Assembly: GCA_017559305.1 (NCBI GenBank)
Contig: JAFYSP010000028.1
Coordinates: 2,124-66,123 of the forward strand
Source of the DNA: Clostridia bacterium
GTDB taxonomy: Bacteria > Bacillota > Clostridia > Oscillospirales > Acutalibacteraceae
Direction: 5' to 3'
DNA: 64,000 nucleotides
Positions within the stretch are counted from its first letter, which is position 1. Each line of letters begins with the position of its first letter. The notes below the pieces were generated by a model. That model did no database searches. It worked only from the letters and a program-made list of their open reading frames with translations, and was not told where the DNA came from. Below are positions 9,422-16,961 of the stretch, piece by piece. Position numbers and translations under genes: made by a program.

Positions 9422-9538
9422 CGGATTCGCCGCCTCTTGCGGTGCCCGACGACTCGGCGACTGCCGTGCCTCGCTTGTCGACCGCTGCGCCATCCTCATC
9501 TTCGCTCAAGCATCCACAGGATGCGCTCGATGACGATG
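9422..9538 (-). ncRNA. Candidate structured element A (unclassified), between a tRNA-Pro nt 23-37-like fragment (9539-9553) and the orphan 3' half
   Basis: GC-rich. It is a homolog of element B with compensatory stem changes and a conserved core, GAGGATGGCGCAGCGGTCGA...TCGGGCACCGCAAGAGG (minus-strand sense). Confidence 0.35.
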
Positions 9539-9546
9539 CCCAAAAC

Positions 9547-9659
9547 CGGCGCCAGTTTTGTTGTGCGTTTTTCGAATCATTACAAAATAAAAGCAACCCC
9601 TACATAAAGTAGAGATTGCTTTATGGTCGGGGTGACCGGGCTCGAACCGACGACATCCA
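9547..9659. repeat. 113-bp perfect direct repeat, copy 2 (part of the intact tRNA-Pro plus its downstream flank)
   Basis: Identical to 9309-9421. Confidence 0.9.
9584..9621 (-). terminator. Rho-independent terminator of tRNA-Pro (a second copy lies at 9346-9383)
   Basis: In minus-strand sense, GCAATCTCTAC-TTTAT-GTAGGGGTTGC is followed by TTTTATTTT. The two G-U wobbles exist only in the minus sense and would be C-A mismatches in the plus sense. Confidence 0.65.
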
Positions 9660-9699
9660 GTTCCCAAAACTGGCGCGCTACCAACTGCGCTACACCCCG
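9624..9699 (-). tRNA. tRNA-Pro (anticodon UGG), 76 nt with encoded CCA
   Basis: Manual cloverleaf: acceptor CGGGGTG/CACCCCG, D-arm GCGC-AGTTGGTA-GCGC, anticodon stem CCAGT/ACTGG with loop TTTGGGA, T-loop TTCGAGC. Confidence 0.93.
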
Positions 9700-9751
9700 A
9701 TAAATATTAAATTTTTTATTTTTGCGAATCTGCAAAATGGCGTTCCGTTTT

Positions 9752-9866
9752 GCTCACCCTCTTGCGGTGCCCGAAGTTCATAACGGCTTGGAGTGCCTAT
9801 GAACTTCGACCGCTGCGCCATCCTCGCCTCGCTGTATCATCCACAGGATGCGCTTCGGCGACGATG
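9752..9866 (-). ncRNA. Candidate structured element B (unclassified), fused downstream of a tRNA-Pro 5'-half look-alike
   Basis: It shares the core with element A and begins at the same point, right after TTTGGG. The variable hairpin AGTTCATA...TATGAACT sits at the same position as an unrelated hairpin in A. Confidence 0.35.
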
Positions 9867-9903
9867 CCCAAAACTGGCGCGCTGGGGGTTGCGCTACACC
9901 CCG
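9867..9903 (-). pseudogene. tRNA-Pro 5'-half look-alike (nt 1-37) with an aberrant D-loop
   Basis: CGGGGTGTAGCGC-AACCCCCA-GCGCGCCAGTTTTGGG matches the tRNA-Pro acceptor strand, D-stem and anticodon stem and loop. The D-loop lacks the conserved GG, and no 3' half follows. Confidence 0.6.
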
Positions 9904-9940
9904 ATAAATATTAGTTTGAGTATTAATTTTCGCAAAGAAT

Positions 9941-9969
9941 ATAATACAAAAAATTCCCCATTTTGTCAA
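9941..9969 (-). promoter_or_regulatory. Sigma-A type promoter (TTGACA-17 nt-TATTAT) upstream of the 5'-half look-alike, element B and tRNA-Pro
   Basis: In minus sense, CTTGACAAAATGGGGAATTTTTTGTATTATATTC has a perfect -35, 17-nt spacing and a 5/6 match at -10. It lies about 35 nt upstream of CGGGGTG. Confidence 0.55.
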
Positions 9970-10142
9970 GGGGAAAATGACAAATAAAAGTATTATAACA
10001 AGTTCAGCAGCAACAAATCAATGCAGAGCAGGGCATATATGATTTGTGGCGAAGCCACCCATACTTCTTCACTATTCACTATTACCTCTTACTTCCAAAA
10101 ATCCCGTTCACATTTTTAGTGAAAAGTGAAGAGTGAAAAAGT

Positions 10143-10174
10143 AAAATCCCGCCCACTTATGTGAACGGGATTTT
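10143..10174 (-). terminator. Rho-independent terminator of tRNA-Arg
   Basis: In minus sense, ATCCCGTTCAC-ATAA-GTGGGCGGGAT is followed by TTTT. G-U wobbles occur only in the minus sense. Confidence 0.6.
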
Positions 10175-10249
10175 TGGCACCCCCTACGCGAATCGAACGC
10201 ATAACTAACCCTTAGGAGGGGTTTATTATATCCATTTAACTAAGGAGGC
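10175..10249 (-). tRNA. tRNA-Arg (anticodon CCU), 75 nt with encoded CCA
   Basis: Manual cloverleaf: acceptor GCCTCCT/AGGGGGT (2 G-U pairs), D-arm GTTA-AATGGATA-TAAT, anticodon stem AACCC/GGGTT with loop CTCCTAA, T-loop TTCGATT. Confidence 0.8.
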
Positions 10250-10330
10250 GGATATTTATTTTGCGCCTTATTATATTACCGCAAAGAGCTCGCTTTGTCA
10301 ATAAAAAACAAGCGGACATTTCATTGTGTA

Positions 10331-10364
10331 AAAAAGGAGCACGAAAATTTCGCGCTCCTTTTTT
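10331..10364 (-). terminator. Rho-independent terminator downstream of the zinc-ribbon gene
   Basis: GGAGCACG...CGCGCTCC hairpin flanked by A and T runs. Confidence 0.55.
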
Positions 10365-10385
10365 ATAATTTTTAATTGTAGATAA

Positions 10386-11012
10386 TTATGACACACCATC
10401 AACGATAATACAGGTGCCATTTTTTAAAATTGTTGATTTTGTTGCGTCCTTGTTTCCCCATTCAGACCCATCAGCAAAATACACGCTATATACATACAAT
10501 TTACCCTTTTTTACGCTGTCTTCGATAAATTGATACTCGCATGAGTTTGTTCCGCCTGCCGGAATTGCTTCATCTGTATAAAGATAATTTTGACTGGTCC
10601 AACCCTTGATTTCCTCGCCATATACATCAAGAGGGATAAAGTAAAATTTAATTGCCGATATTTCTTTTCCGGACACATTAGAAATAGATATATTAATCGT
10701 GGGCATTCCTATAATTGATGAACCCATTTCTGCAGTTGCAGAGACACCGCATTCTCCGCTAAACTTACTATCAACTTTTGAGTTGGTCGCTCCTTCGTTA
10801 CTTACAACAGATTGATTTGCACCTGCGTTGGTAGTTTGGTTTTTGTTGCTGCCAGATGAACCGACCGCAATGCTGATAATCATAATAACTGCGATGACCC
10901 AAAACCACCATTTTTTATAGATTGGCTTTTTTGCTTTAATGCTACACCCGCAGTGTACGCACAAGACAGCCTTTTCGTCTATTTCTCTTCCGCAATTTTT
11001 ACAAGTTTTCAT
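10386..11012 (-). CDS. Zinc-ribbon, single-pass membrane protein with an extracytoplasmic beta-rich domain
   Basis: MKTCKNCGREIDEKAVLCVHCGC is a CxxC...CxxC zinc ribbon. It is followed by the TM segment WWFWVIAVIMIISIAV, a low-complexity linker and a C-terminal domain. The start at 11012 follows the RBS GGAGG. Confidence 0.7.
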   Translation of the reverse strand: MKTCKNCGREIDEKAVLCVHCGCSIKAKKPIYKKWWFWVIAVIMIISIAVGSSGSNKNQTTNAGANQSVVSNEGATNSKVDSKFSGECGVSATAEMGSSIIGMPTINISISNVSGKEISAIKFYFIPLDVYGEEIKGWTSQNYLYTDEAIPAGGTNSCEYQFIEDSVKKGKLYVYSVYFADGSEWGNKDATKSTILKNGTCIIVDGVS

Positions 11013-11090
11013 AACGATCCTCCTAAATATACCAAATTGGGATATAAACACTATACCATTATGGGATAATAATGTCAAGAGGTGAATTTT

Positions 11091-11297
11091 GTGCGATTAA
11101 AAGAAATACGAAAAGCCAAGGGGATTTCACAACTTAAACTCGCAATGGATTTGAATACAAATCAAAACACAATAAGCCGATATGAGACGGGCGAACGGGA
11201 GCCCGGAATTGTAGAACTTATTAAACTTGCAGATTATTTCAACGTATCTATTGATTATCTACTTGAGCGCACAAATAATCCAAACATGCAAAAATAA
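11091..11297 (+). CDS. XRE family helix-turn-helix transcriptional regulator (about 68 aa)
   Basis: LKEIRKAKGISQLKLAMDLNTNQNTISRYETGEREPGIVELIKLADYFNVSIDYLL is a classic Cro/C1 HTH. The GTG start at 11091 has better RBS spacing (AAGAGGTG) than the one at 11082. Confidence 0.8.
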   Translation: MRLKEIRKAKGISQLKLAMDLNTNQNTISRYETGEREPGIVELIKLADYFNVSIDYLLERTNNPNMQK

Positions 11298-11312
11298 CTA
11301 AAGTTTTTAAAT

Positions 11313-11347
11313 AAAAAGAACTGCGGATTTTTCCGCAGTTCTTTTTA
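11313..11347. terminator. Bidirectional terminator between convergent genes
   Basis: AAAAAGAACTGCGGA-TTTTT-CCGCAGTTCTTTTT. Confidence 0.7.
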
Positions 11348-11392
11348 TTTATCTTAATAACGCATAATATAGGCGTTCGTGTCTTTTGGTTG

Positions 11393-12190
11393 CTATATGC
11401 CGAGACGTGCTGACTTTACATATTCTGTAGGGCTGACGCCGGTATACAAGCGGAACATTTTTGAAAAATGATATATACTGTTATACCCGACGCTGAACGC
11501 CACCTGTTCTATAGATTCGTAGTCACTGAGCAATATGTCTTTTGCCTTTTCGATGCGGAAATTATGCAGATATTTTATCGGCGAATTTCCATACACCGCC
11601 TCAAAGGTTTTGCGGAAATAAACCGTACTTATATCGCAAAGGTTTGCCAAAAAATCATTGGATATTGCGCTATCGTAATATTTTTCCGAAATGTATTTTA
11701 TGGCAGGGCTGAGAATGTCCTTCTTCTGAGGTGAGGAGTATTCCTTATTTGCCGATTTCAGCAAGAACGCAAGGATTTCGTACAAGTACATATAGCACTC
11801 GTGTTGTGAGTGGGGTTTGCTGCTGCCGAGCCGACGTTCAATCTTTGAAAAAGCGTTTATTATAGCGCTGTTATCGGATATTTCAATCGAGGTAAAATGG
11901 TCGAATGAAGTGTCTGCATCAAATTCAATACATATATAAGGCCCTGCCTCAACACACTTCCAACTGTATGAACAACCTTTAGGAAGGATTACGGGGTGCA
12001 AATTATCAGAAACCACCTTGTTGTTGCCGACGGTGTAAACGGTTTTGCCGGTAATTTTAAGAAGAATCGCCCATTTGTCACGGCTTTTTCTTGTGGCCGC
12101 ATAGCCGACGGGCGATGAGGATAGTCTGTTGGCGGAAACGATATTTGTCACTCGAAGATTTGCAACGGTTTCAATAAACATCTTCTTCAC
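11393..12190 (-). CDS. AraC family transcriptional regulator (cupin sensor plus two HTH motifs)
   Basis: The C-terminus ...STVYFRKTFEAVYGNSPIKYLHNFRIEKAKDILL...VGYNSIYHFSKMFRLYTGVSPTEY is the AraC signature. Confidence 0.85.
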   Translation of the reverse strand: MKKMFIETVANLRVTNIVSANRLSSSPVGYAATRKSRDKWAILLKITGKTVYTVGNNKVVSDNLHPVILPKGCSYSWKCVEAGPYICIEFDADTSFDHFTSIEISDNSAIINAFSKIERRLGSSKPHSQHECYMYLYEILAFLLKSANKEYSSPQKKDILSPAIKYISEKYYDSAISNDFLANLCDISTVYFRKTFEAVYGNSPIKYLHNFRIEKAKDILLSDYESIEQVAFSVGYNSIYHFSKMFRLYTGVSPTEYVKSARLGI

Positions 12191-12326
12191 CTCAAAACAA
12201 GTTTAACACACAAGTGGTAAATTGACAAGTAAAAAAGTATCAAAAATGATAAAAACATCAAGATTAGCATTTACTAATTCGGATAAAGGTTTTATATTGA
12301 AAGTACAAATGAAAGGAGTTTTTGCT

Positions 12327-13145
12327 ATGAGACCGTCTTTATCTAAAATCAAGGCGCCCGCAGTAGCAGGTGTAATCAGAGAAAAAACAATTCCCGAGGC
12401 AATCGCCGAAATTAATAACTGTATGTATCACGGCGCCGATATGATAGATCTTCATATGGAAGTGCTTGACGATAACAGCGTTGAGGGACTTAAAAGAATA
12501 GTAAATGAAACAAAACTTCCCATTCTTGCTCTTAATTATAACTGTAATTACGATTGGTCGCCCAAAGGTCTTACCGAAGAGGAAAGAATTGCTTATTTCC
12601 ACAGGGCTTTAGAGGCAGGCGCCGCAGGTATTGATATTCAGGGATACACCTTCCACGCCGAGTCTAAAAACGGATTTTGCGGAGAAGACAAATATTCTTT
12701 CACAAAAAACAATCCCAAAGAAATCGTTACTGACAAGAACATAATTGCCAAACAGTGCGAACTTATCGACAAGGCGCACGATATGGGCGCAGAGGTTTTG
12801 CTTTCTTGCCATCCCGGTATCGCTATGAACTGTGAGCAGATACTCGACCTCATTCATTTTATGGAGGAGAGAAAGCCCGATATTATCAAAATCGTATCAA
12901 TCGCAAATACCGAGGAAGAACTTTGGGAAAGCGTTAAAACGATGGCAGAAATCAAAAAGCAGATTAAAACCCCCGTTTCTTACCACGCAGGCGGTCCTTT
13001 CGGTGCGCCAAGCAGAATTCTCAACCCCATTATCGGCGGTCAGGTTGCATTTTGCGTTGACAGATACAAAGCAGGTAGCACAATGGGTCAACTCGACCTT
13101 GAAACAGTAAAATCCGTAGTCGACGGAGTAAGAAAAATATATTAA
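12327..13145 (+). CDS. Type I 3-dehydroquinate dehydratase-like protein (AroD family fold)
   Basis: VAGVIREKTIPEAIAEI...GADMIDLHMEVL..., LLSCHPG (candidate catalytic His context), DIIKIVSIANTEEE (candidate Schiff-base Lys context) and a GGPFGAPSRILNPIIGGQVAFC tail. The start at 12327 follows the RBS AAAGGAG. Confidence 0.65.
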   Translation: MRPSLSKIKAPAVAGVIREKTIPEAIAEINNCMYHGADMIDLHMEVLDDNSVEGLKRIVNETKLPILALNYNCNYDWSPKGLTEEERIAYFHRALEAGAAGIDIQGYTFHAESKNGFCGEDKYSFTKNNPKEIVTDKNIIAKQCELIDKAHDMGAEVLLSCHPGIAMNCEQILDLIHFMEERKPDIIKIVSIANTEEELWESVKTMAEIKKQIKTPVSYHAGGPFGAPSRILNPIIGGQVAFCVDRYKAGSTMGQLDLETVKSVVDGVRKIY

Positions 13146-13157
13146 GGAGTTAATACT

Positions 13158-13913
13158 ATGGCAAGATTTAATGATATGGTAGCGATAGTCACGGGCGCAG
13201 GTGCAGGTATCGGCAGAGCGTGTGCTCTCCGCTTTGCAAAAGAGGGCGCAAAGGTCGTGATTTGCGATATAAGTGAAAAGGGCGCAAACGAAACAAAGGA
13301 AATGATTGAAAAGGAGGGCGGCGTAGCCGTAACCGAGATTTTCGACCTTCTTGACAGTGAAGCAATTTTCAGCGCCGCAAAGAATACCAAAGAAAAATTC
13401 GGCAGAATTGATATTCTCGTAACTTCGGGCGGCGGCAGCGCAGGTCTTATCGGCAAACTCACCGAGTTCAAGGACTCCGAAAAGGCAACGAGAGATTGGG
13501 TAGTAGGACTTAACCTTACTTCCACAATGGACTTCTGCGATGCAGTAGTTGATACAATGATTGAGCAGAATTACGGCAAAATCATCAATATCGCTTCAAT
13601 TGCCGCATCGGTAGGTATCAGATACAGATGCGATTATTCAGCCGCAAAGGCAGGTATGGTCGCATTTACAAAGGTTTTGGCAGTAGAACTCGGAAAGTAT
13701 AACATTTCTATCAACTGTGTATCACCCGGTGCAATCGCAAGAGAAAACTATAACGTTGACGGAATGACAAAATACGGTCCTAACGGCAGAATGGGAACGC
13801 CCGAAGAGGTTGCAAACCTCGTTTGCTTCTTAGCATCTCACGAGGCGGATTTCATCACGGGTCAGGATTATATTATCGACGGAGGCAGAGTGCTCGGTCC
13901 CGGAGAAAGATAA
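13158..13913 (+). CDS. SDR family oxidoreductase (FabG-like)
   Basis: VAIVTGAGAGIGRA, NIASIAA and YSAAKAGMVAFTK (the YxxxK motif). Confidence 0.85.
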   Translation: MARFNDMVAIVTGAGAGIGRACALRFAKEGAKVVICDISEKGANETKEMIEKEGGVAVTEIFDLLDSEAIFSAAKNTKEKFGRIDILVTSGGGSAGLIGKLTEFKDSEKATRDWVVGLNLTSTMDFCDAVVDTMIEQNYGKIINIASIAASVGIRYRCDYSAAKAGMVAFTKVLAVELGKYNISINCVSPGAIARENYNVDGMTKYGPNGRMGTPEEVANLVCFLASHEADFITGQDYIIDGGRVLGPGER

Positions 13914-13925
13914 TAGGGGGAAAAT

Positions 13926-14927
13926 ATGTTAACTAAAACGATTGCTTTCACAGGAATTAAAACAGCGGAACTTATTGATACCGAGGTCAGACAGGTTGAA
14001 GGAAATCTGGTCAAGGTAAAAATGGAATACACCGTAATAAGCGGTGGCACTGAAAAAGCAAATTTATTGGGAATGAACAACACTTCCAAGATATTCCCTA
14101 AATTTTTGGGATATTGCGGTGTGGGATTTGTAACCGAAATCGGAGATAAAGTGCAAAGCGTTAGTGTAGGCGATAGGGTTCTCGTATACCACGGAATACA
14201 CACACAATACAACGTCGTTCCCGAAAATGACGTGACCAAGGTGGAGTATGACAAGGTAGATTCGCTTGATGCGGCTTTTGTAGTAATCGCATCTATGGGC
14301 CTTGGCGGAGTGAGAAAATTAGAGGTTGAACTTGGTGAATCGGCAATGGTTATCGGTCTTGGACTTCTTGGAATTTTTTCTGTTCAGTTTTTGCGATTGA
14401 GCGGAGCATATCCCGTAATTGCGGTAGACCTTGATGCAAAAAGAAGAGAACTCGCATTAAAACTCGGCGCGGATTTTGCGTTTGACCCTATGGATGCAGA
14501 TTTTACAAAAAAAGTAAAAGAAGTCACTAAAGGCAAAGGTATAAATGCAACGGTAGAGGTAACGGGTGCTGCAACCGCTATGAAAACGGCTCTTGAGTGC
14601 GCAAGTTATATGGGCAGAGTTTCCTTGCTCGGTTGTACAAGAGTGTCCGACTGTGCAATAGATTATTATAGTCAGGTTCACACTCCGGGAATAAAAATCA
14701 TCGGCGCGCACAATTTTGTAAGACCCAAGACCGAGTCTTACCCTCATCATTGGACCCATCAGGATGACTGCAAAGCGATACTCGGATTGTTGGCGGCTGA
14801 CAGAATAGCAGTGCGCCCCATCGTTTCGAGGGTTGTTTCGCCTGAGCAGGCGCCCCAAATTTATACCGAACTTTGTGAAAGCAAGGAATTTCCTATGGGA
14901 ACAGTCTTTGACTGGAGGAACATTTGA
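13926..14927 (+). CDS. Medium-chain (zinc-type) alcohol dehydrogenase family protein
   Basis: MDR architecture with a GLGLLG Rossmann motif and a GroES-like N-terminal domain. Confidence 0.75.
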   Translation: MLTKTIAFTGIKTAELIDTEVRQVEGNLVKVKMEYTVISGGTEKANLLGMNNTSKIFPKFLGYCGVGFVTEIGDKVQSVSVGDRVLVYHGIHTQYNVVPENDVTKVEYDKVDSLDAAFVVIASMGLGGVRKLEVELGESAMVIGLGLLGIFSVQFLRLSGAYPVIAVDLDAKRRELALKLGADFAFDPMDADFTKKVKEVTKGKGINATVEVTGAATAMKTALECASYMGRVSLLGCTRVSDCAIDYYSQVHTPGIKIIGAHNFVRPKTESYPHHWTHQDDCKAILGLLAADRIAVRPIVSRVVSPEQAPQIYTELCESKEFPMGTVFDWRNI

Positions 14928-15934
14928 TGAAAAAAATAAAGATCGGTCAAATAGGAATCGGTCATAATCACGGACACGAAAAACTGTTGGCAGTCAGAAA
15001 ATTCCCCGAACTTTTCGAGGTCATAGGATTTGCTGAAGAAAATCCCGAGTGGATAGAAAAAAGAGGCAATATGGAAGCATACCGCGATTTGCCTCGGCTT
15101 ACAGTTCAAGAGGTTATAGAAAAAAGCGATGCCGTTTTGATCGAAAGCGACGTCTGGGACCTTAATAAATACGCTGGAATGTGTGTCAATGCAGGTAAAC
15201 ATATTCATCTTGATAAACCTGCAGGAGATCTTTTGGAATACAAAGAGATTTTAGATGTTGCAGAGCGTAACGGTTTAGTAGTTCAACTTGGGTATATGTA
15301 CAGATACAACCCTGCAATCAAGAAGTGTATTGAACTTGTAAAGCAAGGCGCACTTGGAGAAATTTATTCAATAAACGCCGAAATGAGCACCTTCCACAGC
15401 AAAGAGTACCGAGGTTGGCTCAAAAATTTCGGCGGCGGCATTATGTATATCCTCGGCAGTCATCTTGTTGACCTTGCCGTTTATATGCTTGGGGAACCCA
15501 AAAAGGTTCACTCGTTTCTTAAACACAGCTGTCTAGACGGTGTAGAGGTTGAAGACAATAACCTTGCCGTGCTTGAGTATGACAAGGCGATTGCAAGAAT
15601 TTTTGTGTCCTCCGTCGAGGTCAACGGATGGGGAAGAAGACAGTTGGTCGTAACGGGAAGCAAGGGTAGTATAAATATTTGCCCGATAGAAAGTCCGACA
15701 ATTGCCACCTATTCCGATTTATCTATAGCGGATTTTTGTTATGCAGATAAAAAAGTGCCGCTTGAATACCAAAGCGATTCGACACTCGGCAGATATGATG
15801 AAATGGTAAAAGACTTTTATGCATACATAGTAAAAGATAAGCAAAACCCATTTACTTATGAGCATGAGTATAAAGTACAAAAGGTATTGTCCGAAATAGT
15901 AGACGGCGTAAAGTTCAATTCAAAGAACATTTAA
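14924..15934 (+). CDS. Gfo/Idh/MocA family oxidoreductase
   Basis: KIKIGQIGIGHNHG N-terminal Rossmann motif and the HIHLDKP (EKP-like) motif. Confidence 0.85.
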   Translation: MMKKIKIGQIGIGHNHGHEKLLAVRKFPELFEVIGFAEENPEWIEKRGNMEAYRDLPRLTVQEVIEKSDAVLIESDVWDLNKYAGMCVNAGKHIHLDKPAGDLLEYKEILDVAERNGLVVQLGYMYRYNPAIKKCIELVKQGALGEIYSINAEMSTFHSKEYRGWLKNFGGGIMYILGSHLVDLAVYMLGEPKKVHSFLKHSCLDGVEVEDNNLAVLEYDKAIARIFVSSVEVNGWGRRQLVVTGSKGSINICPIESPTIATYSDLSIADFCYADKKVPLEYQSDSTLGRYDEMVKDFYAYIVKDKQNPFTYEHEYKVQKVLSEIVDGVKFNSKNI

Positions 15935-15946
15935 CAGAGGTGTAAC

Positions 15947-16951
15947 ATGAAAAAGGTTTTAGTTTTAGGTTCATCAGGAGCGATGGGAAGATATTTAGTT
16001 CCATATCTTGCAGATATGGGATATTGTGTTACGGCGGTATCGCTCGATGATGAAACTCCTTATAATGATAAAGTCACTTGCATCAAACACGAGGCAAAGG
16101 ATAGAGATTTTCTTATTTCTTTACTCGACGAGGAAAAATTTGACGGTGTAGTCGACTTTATGTACTATCCTCATATGGAGTTTGATGAATATAGCAAGAT
16201 TTTCCTTGAAAGAACAAAGCATTATATTTTCCTTTCCTCTTGTCGTGTATATGATAACAGGGAAAATCCGGTCAAGGAAACCTCACCTCGACTTTTGGAT
16301 TATACCGAGGACCTCGAGCTCAGAGCATCGGATGATTATTGCATTGAAAAGGCAAAAACCGAAAACATTCTAATGTTTTCCGATTATAAAAATTGGACCA
16401 TCGTCCGCCCTGCCACAACCTTTTCGCACCTTCGTTTTCAGTTGGTAACCACCGAGGCGGCCAATAACGTAGGCAGAGCGCTAAAGGGTAAAAAAGTGGT
16501 TTTACCCATTCAGGCAAAGGACAAACCTGCAACGCTATGTTGGGCGGGTGACGTTTCTATGATGATTGCAAAACTTTTGTTTAACGAAAATGCAAAAAGA
16601 GAAATATACAACGTTTGCTCGGCAGAGTATCAGACCTGGGGAACCATTGCAGAGTATTACAATAAAATTTGCGGACTTGAAGCGGTATGGGTAGACAAAG
16701 AAGATTATCTTAAGATACAAGACCCAACCATGAGAAAGGCTTGCCGTTGGTCGCTCGAATATGCAAGACTTTTTGACCGCATTACCGATAACTCCAAGGT
16801 GTTAAAAGCAACGGGAATGAAACAGGAAGACCTGATGCCTATGTATGATGCCCTTAAAATGATGGTTGAAGCGGTGCCGAAAGGTTACGAATTCCCCGAA
16901 ACCGATATGGGCAAGAGAATGGATGAATACATAGCCGAAAATAATTTATAA
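15947..16951 (+). CDS. NAD-dependent epimerase/dehydratase family protein (extended or atypical SDR)
   Basis: KVLVLGSSGAMGRYLVPYL is the glycine-rich NAD motif. The size is about 334 aa. Confidence 0.7.
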   Translation: MKKVLVLGSSGAMGRYLVPYLADMGYCVTAVSLDDETPYNDKVTCIKHEAKDRDFLISLLDEEKFDGVVDFMYYPHMEFDEYSKIFLERTKHYIFLSSCRVYDNRENPVKETSPRLLDYTEDLELRASDDYCIEKAKTENILMFSDYKNWTIVRPATTFSHLRFQLVTTEAANNVGRALKGKKVVLPIQAKDKPATLCWAGDVSMMIAKLLFNENAKREIYNVCSAEYQTWGTIAEYYNKICGLEAVWVDKEDYLKIQDPTMRKACRWSLEYARLFDRITDNSKVLKATGMKQEDLMPMYDALKMMVEAVPKGYEFPETDMGKRMDEYIAENNL

Positions 16952-16961
16952 GGAGCCATCT

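Noticed and set aside
9422-9866. Elements A and B as a group I intron or a T-box leader
   Set aside because: At about 115 nt they are much shorter than known group I introns, and I cannot identify a P7/G-binding core. GGGCACCGCAAG only superficially resembles the T-box GGGTGGTACCGCG and lacks the UGGN that pairs with the tRNA CCA end. No aminoacyl-tRNA synthetase or amino acid gene follows.
9342-9987. ORF-track entries 9342..9596(-), 9385..9612(+), 9778..9969(-) and 9793..9987(+) in the tRNA locus
   Set aside because: They overlap tRNA sequence and the GC-rich structured elements. They have no RBS and are Ala/Ser/Pro-rich. The A versus B differences are compensatory in stems, not codon-like.
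9977-10042. 21-aa ORF (MTNKSIITSSAATNQCRAGHI) between the two tRNA units
   Set aside because: It is very short with poor RBS spacing. It lies on the strand opposite to all neighbouring transcription signals. There is no supporting evidence.
9250-11300. Integrated prophage or genomic island at tRNA-Pro/tRNA-Arg
   Set aside because: There is no integrase, recombinase, phage structural gene or transposase anywhere in the window. Only 128 bp separate the duplicated tRNA 3' halves.
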